Program-made: the position numbers and the translations under genes
Notes under the pieces: generated by a model
Told to the model about the DNA's origin: nothing
What the model saw: the letters and a program-made list of their open reading frames with translations, nothing else
Databases searched by the model: none
In this document: positions 9,545 to 18,561 of the stretch, in pieces
Layout of the letters: each line of letters starts with the position of its first letter
How positions within the stretch are numbered: the stretch's first letter is position 1
Source of the DNA: Acidobacteriota bacterium
GTDB lineage: Bacteria; Acidobacteriota; Thermoanaerobaculia; Gp7-AA8
DNA: 64,000 bases
Direction: 5' to 3'
NCBI GenBank assembly: GCA_019244185.1
Contig: JAFATB010000019.1
Location: forward strand, 192,001 to 256,000

Positions 9545-9745
9545 GTCCGTCGCGTCGGGGCGAGTGGCTCTCGTGCAATCTCACACTCGCTCCCACTTCG
9601 ACCGATTCGGCGATGGATTCCGGTCCGCATGTTTTCCTTCGACTGCGGACGACTTCCACGTCGCACCGGCTTCTCCTCGCAGCTGGTCTCTTTGAAAACC
9701 CACACGCACACGGCGAGCACCGGAACTCCTTAACCCTGTAATCCT

Positions 9746-9989
9746 ATGAACGCTCCTCGCTACACGCACGTGCTCCTCGACGCCGATTCGGGTGAAGCCG
9801 TGGGGGGCGATCCGCGATATCGATCAAACACCCGATGGCTCCGTCTTCGGCGTCATTCGGCGGTTCGATCGTGACGAGCCCGAGACCTACATGTGGCTCG
9901 ACGGCCTCGAGGTCATCCGACTCGCGGACGCCGCGGCGCATGTGCGGAAGCACGTCGCCTGGGCGCTCGCGCAACCCGCACCCGCATGA
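9746..9989 (+). pseudogene. Small hypothetical protein, frameshifted in the G6 run at 9802-9807 (possible sequencing error)
   Basis: MNAPRYTHVLLDADSGEAV joins GAIRDIDQTPDG...AQPAPA if one G is removed; shares the CCTATG leader of its neighbours. Confidence 0.5.
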
Positions 9990-10315
9990 CGGCGCTCGAA
10001 AAGCAGCACGCGTGGAGAAGCACGACCACCGTCTGCCCCCGGTGCGCGGCACAGCCGGGAAGTCACGCGTGGCCGAAGTCCTGGCTCCAGGAGCTGACGA
10101 TTGTCGACGGCATCCAAGCCGTCCACGGCGTGCTGTGTCGTCGGCCCTCATGCGGCTTCGCGGAGATCATCAGCCTGCGCGCCCACACCACCCCGGCCGC
10201 CGCACCCCGGCGACGCCGATGGCTCCGTGATGCCTTCGCCAAGCGCCCGGGCACGTTCGTGCTCGCGACGCTCGTGCAGGGCATCGCGATCGGTGTGCTC
10301 CTCGCGCTCGCGTAA
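9986..10315 (+). CDS. Small Cys-rich (CxxC...CxxxxC) protein with a C-terminal TM helix
   Basis: ATGA overlap; CPRC and CRRPSC motifs; hydrophobic C-terminus. Confidence 0.6.
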   Translation: MTALEKQHAWRSTTTVCPRCAAQPGSHAWPKSWLQELTIVDGIQAVHGVLCRRPSCGFAEIISLRAHTTPAAAPRRRRWLRDAFAKRPGTFVLATLVQGIAIGVLLALA

Positions 10316-10418
10316 CTCCTCTGGTGCGGTTCCGATGTGGAAGTCGCTCCGCACCTTGGGCCTCTGTCCCCACGCTGTAAGAACCAGAGCCGCGCCGCAG
10401 CCGCAGCCCGGCTCCCGT

Positions 10419-10751
10419 TCAGGTGCGGTCGATCACGGTCGCGTCCGGAGCGTTCTCCTTCACGGACTTGATGCCGCTGTCGCGCGCCGTGGTGGAGGAG
10501 TACATCTCGCTCGTGCCGATCACCTGCCCGTTCGTCGCGGTAAGGGTGAAGTACGGGCTCCCGTTCGTCGCGGTCTTGCGGACGTAGCGGGCATCGTCCT
10601 TCGCATTCTTGCGGACGGACTCGATGCCGTTCTCCGCGCCGCTCTTCGTCTCGTACGTCTCGCTCGTGAGGATGGTCTCGTAGTTCCCTGCGCGCAGGTT
10701 GAACCGGTACTTGCCGCTGCGGCCCTTCTCGATCACGAACGATCCTGCCAT
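10419..10751 (-). CDS. YegP/DUF1508 family protein
   Basis: Tandem repeats FNLRAGNYETILTSETY...GIESVRKN and FTLTATNGQVIGTSEMY...GIKSVKEN; GGAGGAG RBS. Confidence 0.93.
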   Translation of the reverse strand: MAGSFVIEKGRSGKYRFNLRAGNYETILTSETYETKSGAENGIESVRKNAKDDARYVRKTATNGSPYFTLTATNGQVIGTSEMYSSTTARDSGIKSVKENAPDATVIDRT

Positions 10752-10892
10752 GTCCGGTCTCCTCCTGGTCCGTCACAGGAGCAGTGTTCGCGCACGCTTT
10801 CGACATGCGCGTGCCCTGTCCCTCCGAAAGACACGAAGCGTGCGGAATGGTGGCGTTCAAACCGATCCTGACTGGCGTCGACGGCCGCACGC

Positions 10893-12125
10893 TCACCGCA
10901 CGACGATCTGCACACTCGCCGTTGCCGGCCCGCACGGCGTGTCGACGGTGAGGGTCACCGTGTCCGTCCCGGCATGCGTCGCCGTGTAGGTGTGCCGCGT
11001 CTCGGGTGGCGAATGCACCGGCCCGCCGAGAGCGTTGCCGAGCGACGATGCGACGCTTCCCACTTCGCCGTGCCGCTCCTGCGTCGTGTAGGAGACGTAT
11101 GTGCTTTCGCCGACCGCAAGCGACGCCTTGCCCGCCGTGAACGATTCGATGAGCGGCTTCGCGCAGGTCCACACCGTCTCGGGTCCGCCGATCCCGGCGG
11201 AGCCGCACGCACTGTCGCCGTAGAAGGTGATGTTTGCTTCGCCGGCGCGCGCCGGCGTGTACACGACCTCGATCTCGCCGTTCGCCGAGCGCGCGCCGGC
11301 CGCGGGCGTGACCGTCCCATTATCCGTCTCCACCCACCATCGCGTGATCGAGGAACCTGCGAGGAAGAGCCAGCGTTGCTGCTGGCCGACTGCAACGCGG
11401 CCGTTCGCCTGCCCGATGTCGACGGCCGGCGCCTCGCCGATGCAGCGGGCGATCGGCAGCGTCATCGAGCTCGCGCCGCAGCGGCCGGTCACCGTGAGGA
11501 CCGGCTCGGCCGGAAGGGAAGGGAAGTAGACGCGCGCGCTGCCGCCGAACGCGCTCGACCCGGCGAGCGCGTCCCGGAAGGGCTGCGCGCCCTCGATCGA
11601 CCAGAACGAGCCGTGCTCATAGCTGAACTGGAGCGTCGTAAAGGTGAAGGGCGCGAGCGCCCCGTGTTCCGCCCCGAAGCTATTAATGATCGGCGGTGGC
11701 TCGATCGGCACTGCTGCCGTCGTCTCAGGCCCGATGTCGCAGGTGGTCGCGATCGCCGAAGCGTCATGTTCGCGCGCGCAGTGACCACCATCGCCCCCGA
11801 GGAGGGGAGGTCGCACGCCACGTCGCGGATGTGGACGCGGGCGTTCGGCTCCGAGGCTTGCCACGAGACACGGACCGGCTCCCCGTCGCAGGCGGAGCCT
11901 TCGAACGTCAGCCGCACCGTGGGCTTCGAGGTGCAGGCTGAGCCGCCGAAGCGCACGGCGCGGCGTCGCACGAGCGGCCGTGTGAGCGGGTAGCAGGCGG
12001 TGGTGTCGGCCGGCGCCGCCACCTGCTGGATCTCCTCGGGCGGCGTCTGAGCGTGGGAGGCCACCGGGGCGAAGAGAAGTGTCAGCAGGCCGATGGCTCG
12101 TGCGCGGCGGGCGATGCTTCGCCAT
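10893..12125 (-). pseudogene. Secreted Ig-like repeat protein with an RRRAV motif; frameshift near 11757 (possible sequencing error)
   Basis: Signal peptide RRARAIGLLTLLFAPVASHA and RRRAVRF lie in one frame; AIATTCDIGP...VQIVVR lies in another. One extra base near 11757 joins them. Confidence 0.6.
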
Positions 12126-12156
12126 ACTGAGACTGCTCCCGCCTTCTTCCTTCCGG

Positions 12157-12184
12157 TCTCTCGAAAATGCAGAAAAGCGTCAAA
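12157..12184 (+). repeat. Putative recombinase-2 site (left), TCTCTCGAAAA-TGCAGA-AAAGCGTCAAA, overlapping the start codon
   Basis: TGCAGAAAAGCGT (12168-12180) is the exact reverse complement of 12818-12830; the left arm is degenerate. Confidence 0.55.
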
Positions 12185-12808
12185 CTCACCGGCCTCGTGT
12201 CGGCAGAACGAAACGTCCCGACCACGCGCCCATCTGGCGTGCGCTACGTATCGAAAGAGGAGGTCGAACAGTTCTTCGCCGCGATCCCGAGGGAGAACCT
12301 TCGAGATCGGCTGCTGTTCGACCTCATCTACCGTCACGGGCTGCGACGTCGCGAAGTCGCGCTCATCAGCGTGGACGACGTCTCGCTCCGCCACAGGTCC
12401 ATCTGGATCAGCCGAGTGAAGCAAGGGATCCCAGGCATGTACCGGCTACATCCGAAGACGATCGCGCTGCTGCGCGACTACCTGCCGACGCGGCACGTCG
12501 GCAACGGCCGGTTTCTCTTTCAGAGCACGAGGCGACCGGGTGCCGCGATCTCACCCTCGATGATCTACTACCTGTTCCGGCGCTATGCGACGGCGGCCAA
12601 CCTGCCGGAGGGCCGGCGGAACGTGCACGTCTTCCGGCACAGCATCGCCGTGCATTTCATGAACGAAGGCATCGACTCGGCAGACGTGAAGGACTGGCTC
12701 GGCCATCGGAGCATCTCCTCCACGATGATCTACGCCCAAGTAACGAATAAGCGGCGAGACGCGACCTACCAGCGCGTGCGCTCGTCGAAGGAGATCGCGA
12801 GGACATGA
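12167..12808 (+). CDS. Short FimB/FimE-like tyrosine recombinase, recombinase 2
   Basis: RDRLLFDLIYRHGLRRRE, ISRVKQG, HVFRHSIA, WLGHRSISSTMIY. Confidence 0.92.
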   Translation: MQKSVKLTGLVSAERNVPTTRPSGVRYVSKEEVEQFFAAIPRENLRDRLLFDLIYRHGLRRREVALISVDDVSLRHRSIWISRVKQGIPGMYRLHPKTIALLRDYLPTRHVGNGRFLFQSTRRPGAAISPSMIYYLFRRYATAANLPEGRRNVHVFRHSIAVHFMNEGIDSADVKDWLGHRSISSTMIYAQVTNKRRDATYQRVRSSKEIART

Positions 12809-12813
12809 CGGCC

Positions 12814-12841
12814 ATTCACGCTTTTCTGCAAAAGCGTCAAT
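12814..12841 (+). repeat. 28-bp palindromic putative recombinase-2 site (right), ATTCACGCTTT-TCTGCA-AAAGCGTCAAT
   Basis: 11-6-11 structure with arms 10/11 palindromic; begins 6 nt after the recombinase stop. Confidence 0.7.
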
Positions 12842-13273
12842 GCTGCCCTTCGGCAGACAGCTCATTTCGCGTTCATTTCAGACGATGGAACGCCGCTTAC
12901 GTTACCAAGCCGACCCAGTCCGTTGGTCGTCCCAGAACAACCAACACGAGGGAACTCGATGTCCATCTTTAAAGTGGACAGCATGCGTTCGGTCTAGCGT
13001 GATCTGCTAACGCCGCGTGCGGCTTCGGGGAATCCTGAGTTGCCGGCGACTTGTCACCCGTCCGCGTCCGTCCGGTCACGACTATCCCCGTTTCGCCAAG
13101 CGGCGCGGGGGCTACCCTCGCACGCTCGCGATTGCAGCCTTGGTGCGCGGCATCGTGCTCGGGCTCATCGGCGTTAGGAATACGGCAGAATGCGAGGACA
13201 CGGCGAGTCATCAGAACTCGCCGACGCGGCTATCCGCTGGGGAACCTTGAATCTTGCCGTTTTTCAGTCGAGG

Positions 13274-13302
13274 GGTAGGGAATTTTCTCTCCAGGTCACT
13301 CC
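13274..13302 (+). promoter_or_regulatory. GGTAGGGAA-N14-CACTCC motif, copy 2 (upstream of the ABC/sulfotransferase operon)
   Basis: Exact motif and spacing. Confidence 0.75.
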
Positions 13303-13393
13303 CCTTAGTGGCTCGAGCTACCACAAATGATGATATCCCTCACTCGACAGGCAGAGAGCTGGCGAGGAGGGTGCTGCCGTGAAGGAGTACCTG

Positions 13394-14392
13394 ATGAATC
13401 ATCCTCGGCGTCCAAGTGCGTTGTTCACCATAATGTTACTGCTCCTCGCTAGCTGCGCGAAAGATGAGGGACGCACAACTTCAGCGGCCCCCGCAGCGCG
13501 CGCATCTCTTCGGGTTGCTGTGAATCCGGTGCCGCAGTCCGCGCTTGTGATCATCGCCGCAGAGCGCGGCTACTTTGCACGCGAAAACCTCGACGTCACC
13601 GTCAGCCGTTTCCCTACGGGCAAGCTCGCCTTTGACGCGGTGCTCGGAGGGGCGGCCGATGTTGCGACGGTCGCCGACGTCCCAATCATGTACGCGCTCA
13701 TGTCCGGGCAGGCGCCAGCAGTACTCGCGACAATCGAACGATCTGGGAAAAGCGTCAAACTGCTCGCCCGCAAGGACGCCGCAATCGCGTCTCCTGCGGA
13801 CCTTCGCGGCAAGAAGGTCGGTACGTTCAAGGGTAGCAGCGGGGAATTCTTTCTCGACGCGCTGTTGGCCAAGCACCACGTACCATCCGCCGAAGTGGCG
13901 ATCGTACATTTACAGCCACCGGACCTAGTGACGGCGATCACCAGAAAGGACGTCGCGGCTATTAGTATCTTCGAACCCCATATCCACAACGCGGCTACAG
14001 TTCTCGGATCGAACGCGTTGGTGGTCGAGGACCCGTCGGTCTACACCGAAATCTTCAATGTCGCGACGACAGAAAAGGCCCTCGCCGCTCGGCAAGACGC
14101 CTTTGTCTCGTTCCTACGCGCTCTGCAGCGAGCCGCGGACGACATCAGGCGGGATCCGAATGGCGCGCAGGCGAGCGTCGCTCGATTCACCCAGCTTGAC
14201 CCAAATGTGCTGCGTGAAATTTGGCCGATGTTTCAGTTCACCATCACGACCGATCGTGTGCTCCCCGATCTACTACGACGCGAAGCGGATTTCGCCGTGC
14301 GTTCTGGGTCGCTGCCAGCGCCGAGCTCGGAACCACAGTTCGAACGTGTGCTCAAACCTGAAGTTCTTAGTAAGGCAACCGCTACGCCATGA
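13394..14392 (+). CDS. ABC transporter substrate-binding lipoprotein, NrtA/SsuA/TauA family (alternative start 13379)
   Basis: Lipobox LLASC; AAERGYFARENLDV; ADLRGKKVG; AAGGAG RBS. Confidence 0.9.
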   Translation: MNHPRRPSALFTIMLLLLASCAKDEGRTTSAAPAARASLRVAVNPVPQSALVIIAAERGYFARENLDVTVSRFPTGKLAFDAVLGGAADVATVADVPIMYALMSGQAPAVLATIERSGKSVKLLARKDAAIASPADLRGKKVGTFKGSSGEFFLDALLAKHHVPSAEVAIVHLQPPDLVTAITRKDVAAISIFEPHIHNAATVLGSNALVVEDPSVYTEIFNVATTEKALAARQDAFVSFLRALQRAADDIRRDPNGAQASVARFTQLDPNVLREIWPMFQFTITTDRVLPDLLRREADFAVRSGSLPAPSSEPQFERVLKPEVLSKATATP

Positions 14393-14427
14393 CCGCCGAC
14401 CCCATTACGCGATAGAAAGTTCACGCA

Positions 14428-16812
14428 ATGGCAAACAACGGCACCGAAGGCGTTCTGAGAGATCTTCTACAAGATCTTCAGCAACGGCGCGACGGCAGTT
14501 TTTCAGAGAACCTCCAACGCCTCTTTACGCATGACGTCTTGTCTCAGCTTGCACCGCAAACCGACTTGAAAGCCGTTCTGAAATCCGCGTCGCCAGCCGA
14601 GGTGTCCGCTCGCGAACTCCAGGCCACCCGTGCCGATGACGGGAACCGATCGAATGATGCTGCCACCCTTCTCGCCCGAAATGCTTCGCCGGGCGCGTCA
14701 TCCACACCGGCTCGCGGCAAAAAGAGGCGTGGCAACGAGGGCACTCATGGCGTGTCTCAACCCGCTGTTTCGCCTTCAGCCATGAAGGCGCAGGTTCCGA
14801 AGGATGAAGAGGTGCTTCGTGACCCAGCTGCTCCATCGCCCACAATCATCGTCTCGGCATTTCATTACGTGAGCCAAACACTTGGAAAGTGGTTTCGGGT
14901 CATCCTTGAGCCCGAGCTTTTGAACGAGAGCGGCATACAGCCCCTAGAGCTGTCCCAGCACGAATACGCGTACGACGAAGCACCACAACGATTGAACATT
15001 CCTGTCTGGAAAACGGTGCGCGAGCCGCTCTGGATCCAATTCGGCGGCGAAGAGCAATCGCCATTCCCCGACTCTGATCGATACCTATACGTCTCCGCTG
15101 AGGAAAAGAGACTTCTAAACGAACTGCTTGAGAACTACGTTGAGGGCCGTCGCTTCTACCGGTTTATCCTCGGCCTCGGGAAGCTTGAGAATCTTGCAAC
15201 GGCGTCCGTTGACCGCATGGCTGGCGTTCTTGAGAAGCTTTACAAGCTCATGCCACCCGAACGACCGATCGCAGCCCCGGACATTTTTGACAGAGATGAA
15301 AAGAACGCCGTATGGCGCGCCTTCGTCTTTTCCTTTTTCCTATCGATTCGTGCACGGTCCCCGGAGGTTCATGTCCTTGTCGTTCCGTGCTGTTTCGATG
15401 GTTCCAGCATGCTTGAACGTGATCTACCCCAGCTCGGCACATTTGTCGGAGCGTATGTCGGCAAGCCGTCACAACAAACCATCGACTCGATTAGCAGAGT
15501 CTTCTCGCCAATTGTTCGCGCTCTTGCGCTTCGCGAACTAAACGCTCTTCAAGTGGCGAATGGTCGCGACATCGTAGGGATTGAGGATGTCATTCGAAGC
15601 TGCGCATACCTCGATAAGCGCGTACAAGAGGACGTCAACCAATATCGCGGCTGGCTGAAGAAAAATCTGCAGCCACTATTATATGGCAGGGGTGAGGACG
15701 AGTGGCCGGACTTGGATGTATTCCGGATGACGGGCGGGGATGAACGCATGCTTCAGCTCTTTGACCGCATCGCCTCGGCCGCCCGCGACGGCGTCGGCAA
15801 AGACGGACTGACCAAGGGAAGAACCTTTTTCTTTAGTTCTGAGCCAGGCTGCGGCAAAGAAAACATCGCGACCCTTTGCCATCTCCTTAGCCCCCGAGTA
15901 CTAAACGGAGATGGCGGCGAAAACACCCAGCATTTCACGGCGGCGTCAGCCATCGCGGGAGGTGAGAAATATGGACCGGCAATGCTAGCGACTGAAGTGC
16001 AGGCCAAGATCCACTTAGCCGCAATACAGGATCCTGAATGGCTCCGTCTCCGGTCATCGGCCTCCGCGGAGCTTCTCAATGCGGTTAAAATTTCGAAGGG
16101 CGATGCCCCCACGGCGAAAGCGGTCCTTGAGCTCCTCAGAAGCGCGCCGCTGTTTAATTACGATGCCTTCAATACGAGCCTGCTCAATCAGCGGAACTTC
16201 GCAGAGCTGATGTTCGGCTCAAGCGAGAAGCCGGGCGTCCTTTTTCGGATACATGAATTGTCGGGCACTGTTTTCCTGGATGAAATCAACACAACAGAAC
16301 CCGGAATAGCAAACAATCTGTTGCGTGTGCTTGATAAGCCGCATCAGATCCCGGTAAAAAAAGGCGATATCTACCGCGACGAGACGATCAACATTCAGAT
16401 CGTTTTCGGCTCGAATCGCACGGCGGAGGAATTGCTCGCAGATGGCTTCAATTCCGCCGTGGTGTTCCGTCTGGCGGCGCGGCCCTTCCGTATTCCGCCA
16501 CTCCGCGAGCGCAAGAATGACATCGCGATCTTTGTTAATCACCACCTGTTGAAGCGGCGGGATGACAATCGGGAAAAGCTTGGAAACCTGAGTCGTATCT
16601 CACTGAATGGCCTTCGTCTGATCTGCGAGCTTCCGTGGGCTGATAACTACCGAGGATTGCGAGCGTTCCTGGACGACTTGATCGAAGAGCGGCTGCGGCG
16701 CGAGGTGCGCGACGCGGAGATCACCTTCGACGACGTAATTCGGGCGATTTCCAGACGTGAGGCAATGCGCGTCACGCCAACCCCAGTGAAGGCCGTTCGA
16801 CTGTCAGCGTGA
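14428..16812 (+). CDS. Atypical sigma-54-activator-like AAA+ protein with a long N-terminal region
   Basis: Walker A SEPGCGKE, GTVFLDEI, LLRVL, FRIPPLRERKNDI, LPWADNYRGL; GAFTGA and the C-terminal HTH are absent. Confidence 0.75.
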   Translation: MANNGTEGVLRDLLQDLQQRRDGSFSENLQRLFTHDVLSQLAPQTDLKAVLKSASPAEVSARELQATRADDGNRSNDAATLLARNASPGASSTPARGKKRRGNEGTHGVSQPAVSPSAMKAQVPKDEEVLRDPAAPSPTIIVSAFHYVSQTLGKWFRVILEPELLNESGIQPLELSQHEYAYDEAPQRLNIPVWKTVREPLWIQFGGEEQSPFPDSDRYLYVSAEEKRLLNELLENYVEGRRFYRFILGLGKLENLATASVDRMAGVLEKLYKLMPPERPIAAPDIFDRDEKNAVWRAFVFSFFLSIRARSPEVHVLVVPCCFDGSSMLERDLPQLGTFVGAYVGKPSQQTIDSISRVFSPIVRALALRELNALQVANGRDIVGIEDVIRSCAYLDKRVQEDVNQYRGWLKKNLQPLLYGRGEDEWPDLDVFRMTGGDERMLQLFDRIASAARDGVGKDGLTKGRTFFFSSEPGCGKENIATLCHLLSPRVLNGDGGENTQHFTAASAIAGGEKYGPAMLATEVQAKIHLAAIQDPEWLRLRSSASAELLNAVKISKGDAPTAKAVLELLRSAPLFNYDAFNTSLLNQRNFAELMFGSSEKPGVLFRIHELSGTVFLDEINTTEPGIANNLLRVLDKPHQIPVKKGDIYRDETINIQIVFGSNRTAEELLADGFNSAVVFRLAARPFRIPPLRERKNDIAIFVNHHLLKRRDDNREKLGNLSRISLNGLRLICELPWADNYRGLRAFLDDLIEERLRREVRDAEITFDDVIRAISRREAMRVTPTPVKAVRLSA

Positions 16813-16828
16813 GTGGCGCGCTGGTACC

Positions 16829-17794
16829 GTGTCTCGCGAACCACTAACATTTGCCATGCGATCAACCGAGACCACGACCATCTCCGCACCATGGCCCCCT
16901 GACGATCGTCCGGTGGCCGTCACGCGTTTCAACGGCCTCGACATCGAGTCCGATGGTCCGAGCTGTGTGGCTCAAGACCGGGTGTTCCCGCTGTTCGACG
17001 ATGAGTCGCTGCTCCTGGCAGCTGCCCTGGACCCGGCGCCTGATACGTCCGTTCTCGACGTCGGAACTGGATCGGGCATCTTGGCGCTCGCCGCAGCGCA
17101 GCGCGGCGCGACTGTCCTCGCGACGGATGTGAACCCACGGGCGATCGCCTGCGCCCGCCACAACACCGACGCGAATGGCTTTGCCAACTCCATTAAGATC
17201 CTTCACGCTGATGTCTACACGGGTTTGGACCGTGGCAAGCTCGACCTCATCGTGGCAAACCCTCCTTTTCTGCCTACACCGCCTGAGCTCGAGCTTCTGC
17301 TGACCAGCGGCGGTGGTCCATACGGCACACGGATCGTATCGCCGCTGATCGCCGACGCGCGCGCGATGTTACGGGACGGCGGCCGCTTCGTCTGCCTTGC
17401 CGTCAGCTTCGGGTCACCGGGCAGTTCGGTTGCGCAGCAGCTCGTCGAGAGCGCCTTCTCCGATGGGGATGACGTGCGTGTGCGGGACATCTACGGCTCT
17501 TCGATCTCCGTCGATCGCCTACTGGACCTCTACGCGCGGTGGCATTCAATAACCTCTTGGCGTCGAATGTTGGCCGACCATGGCCTCACGGAGTTGCACT
17601 ATGTCCTCATCGAGGCCAGCAAGGCCACGCCGCTGCCGGCTCCGCGGGCGGTGCAACTTCCCCCCGAGTCGACGTTTGCAGGTTCATGGGATGCGCGATT
17701 TCGCCGCTATGAGGCGTGGTTTAGCGCACTCGATTGCACGGTGTGGGTTCCGCGATCGCGCGGAGAGGCAGACGCTCTTCCGCATTACTTATGA
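16829..17794 (+). CDS. SAM-dependent methyltransferase, HemK/PrmC-like
   Basis: VLDVGTGSG, TDVNPRA, IVANPPF. Confidence 0.9.
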   Translation: MSREPLTFAMRSTETTTISAPWPPDDRPVAVTRFNGLDIESDGPSCVAQDRVFPLFDDESLLLAAALDPAPDTSVLDVGTGSGILALAAAQRGATVLATDVNPRAIACARHNTDANGFANSIKILHADVYTGLDRGKLDLIVANPPFLPTPPELELLLTSGGGPYGTRIVSPLIADARAMLRDGGRFVCLAVSFGSPGSSVAQQLVESAFSDGDDVRVRDIYGSSISVDRLLDLYARWHSITSWRRMLADHGLTELHYVLIEASKATPLPAPRAVQLPPESTFAGSWDARFRRYEAWFSALDCTVWVPRSRGEADALPHYL

Positions 17795-18561
17795 ACAATT
17801 TGCGAGGCCGTCTCGGCGGCATGCTGACGTGGATCGCCGTCGTGCTCGTCTGGCACTTCGTGGCGGTCCATAGCAATGCCGGCCCGCTCTTCCCGCCGCC
17901 TGCGACTGTGCTCAAGGCATTCATCCTGTGGCTGCGTAGCGGTGATTTGGTTCAGGACGTTGCCGCAAGCTGCGGTCGGGTCACGCTCGGATGGCTGATT
18001 GGAACCGGAGTTGGACTTCTTGTTGGGCTCATTACAGGTGTGTGGTCGGTCGGCGATCGGACCATCGGCTCCGTACTCAACACGCTTCGTGCATTGCCGC
18101 CTGTCGCGCTCGTTCCGCTTGCGATTCTCTGGTTCGGTATTTCCGAAGTGTCCAAGATCGCGATCGTAGGATGGGGCGCCTTCTTCCCCGTCTGGTTAAA
18201 CACGCATATCGGAATCCGGGACATTGACCGAACCGTCGTGTGGGCTGCGCGGAGCCTCGGCGCGCGCGGTTCTTCGCTGCTCTTTCGCGTGATCTTGCCG
18301 GCGGCCCTGCCGCAAGTCGTAGCGGGAGTACGGCTGGCGATTGGCATCGCGTATGTCTGTGTCTTTGTGGCGGAACTGGCCGGAGCATCGCGCGGGCTCG
18401 GCTTCCGGATTGCGACGGCGCACCTGACGTTCCGTGCGGATCTGATGCTAGCTGGCTTAGCCGTCCTCGGATTCTTTGGCTACGCATCGGATCGCGTGTT
18501 CGTTCTAGGCACGGGATACCTGATGCCGTGGACACGAAGCAGCGTGGCTGGCAATGGGTGA
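17791..18561 (+). CDS. ABC transporter permease (SsuC/TauC-like)
   Basis: LPPVALVPLAILWFG; AARSLGARG EAA-like loop. Confidence 0.93.
   Translation: MNNLRGRLGGMLTWIAVVLVWHFVAVHSNAGPLFPPPATVLKAFILWLRSGDLVQDVAASCGRVTLGWLIGTGVGLLVGLITGVWSVGDRTIGSVLNTLRALPPVALVPLAILWFGISEVSKIAIVGWGAFFPVWLNTHIGIRDIDRTVVWAARSLGARGSSLLFRVILPAALPQVVAGVRLAIGIAYVCVFVAELAGASRGLGFRIATAHLTFRADLMLAGLAVLGFFGYASDRVFVLGTGYLMPWTRSSVAGNG

Noticed and set aside
12842-13270. Small ORFs and the palindrome TGTCCATCTTTAAAGTGGACA (12960-12980)
   Set aside because: Single occurrence with no supportable function.
13747-13761. GAAAAGCGTCAAACT matching the recombinase-2 left site
   Set aside because: Lies inside a coding region, with a different core and no left arm; a match of this length can arise by chance.
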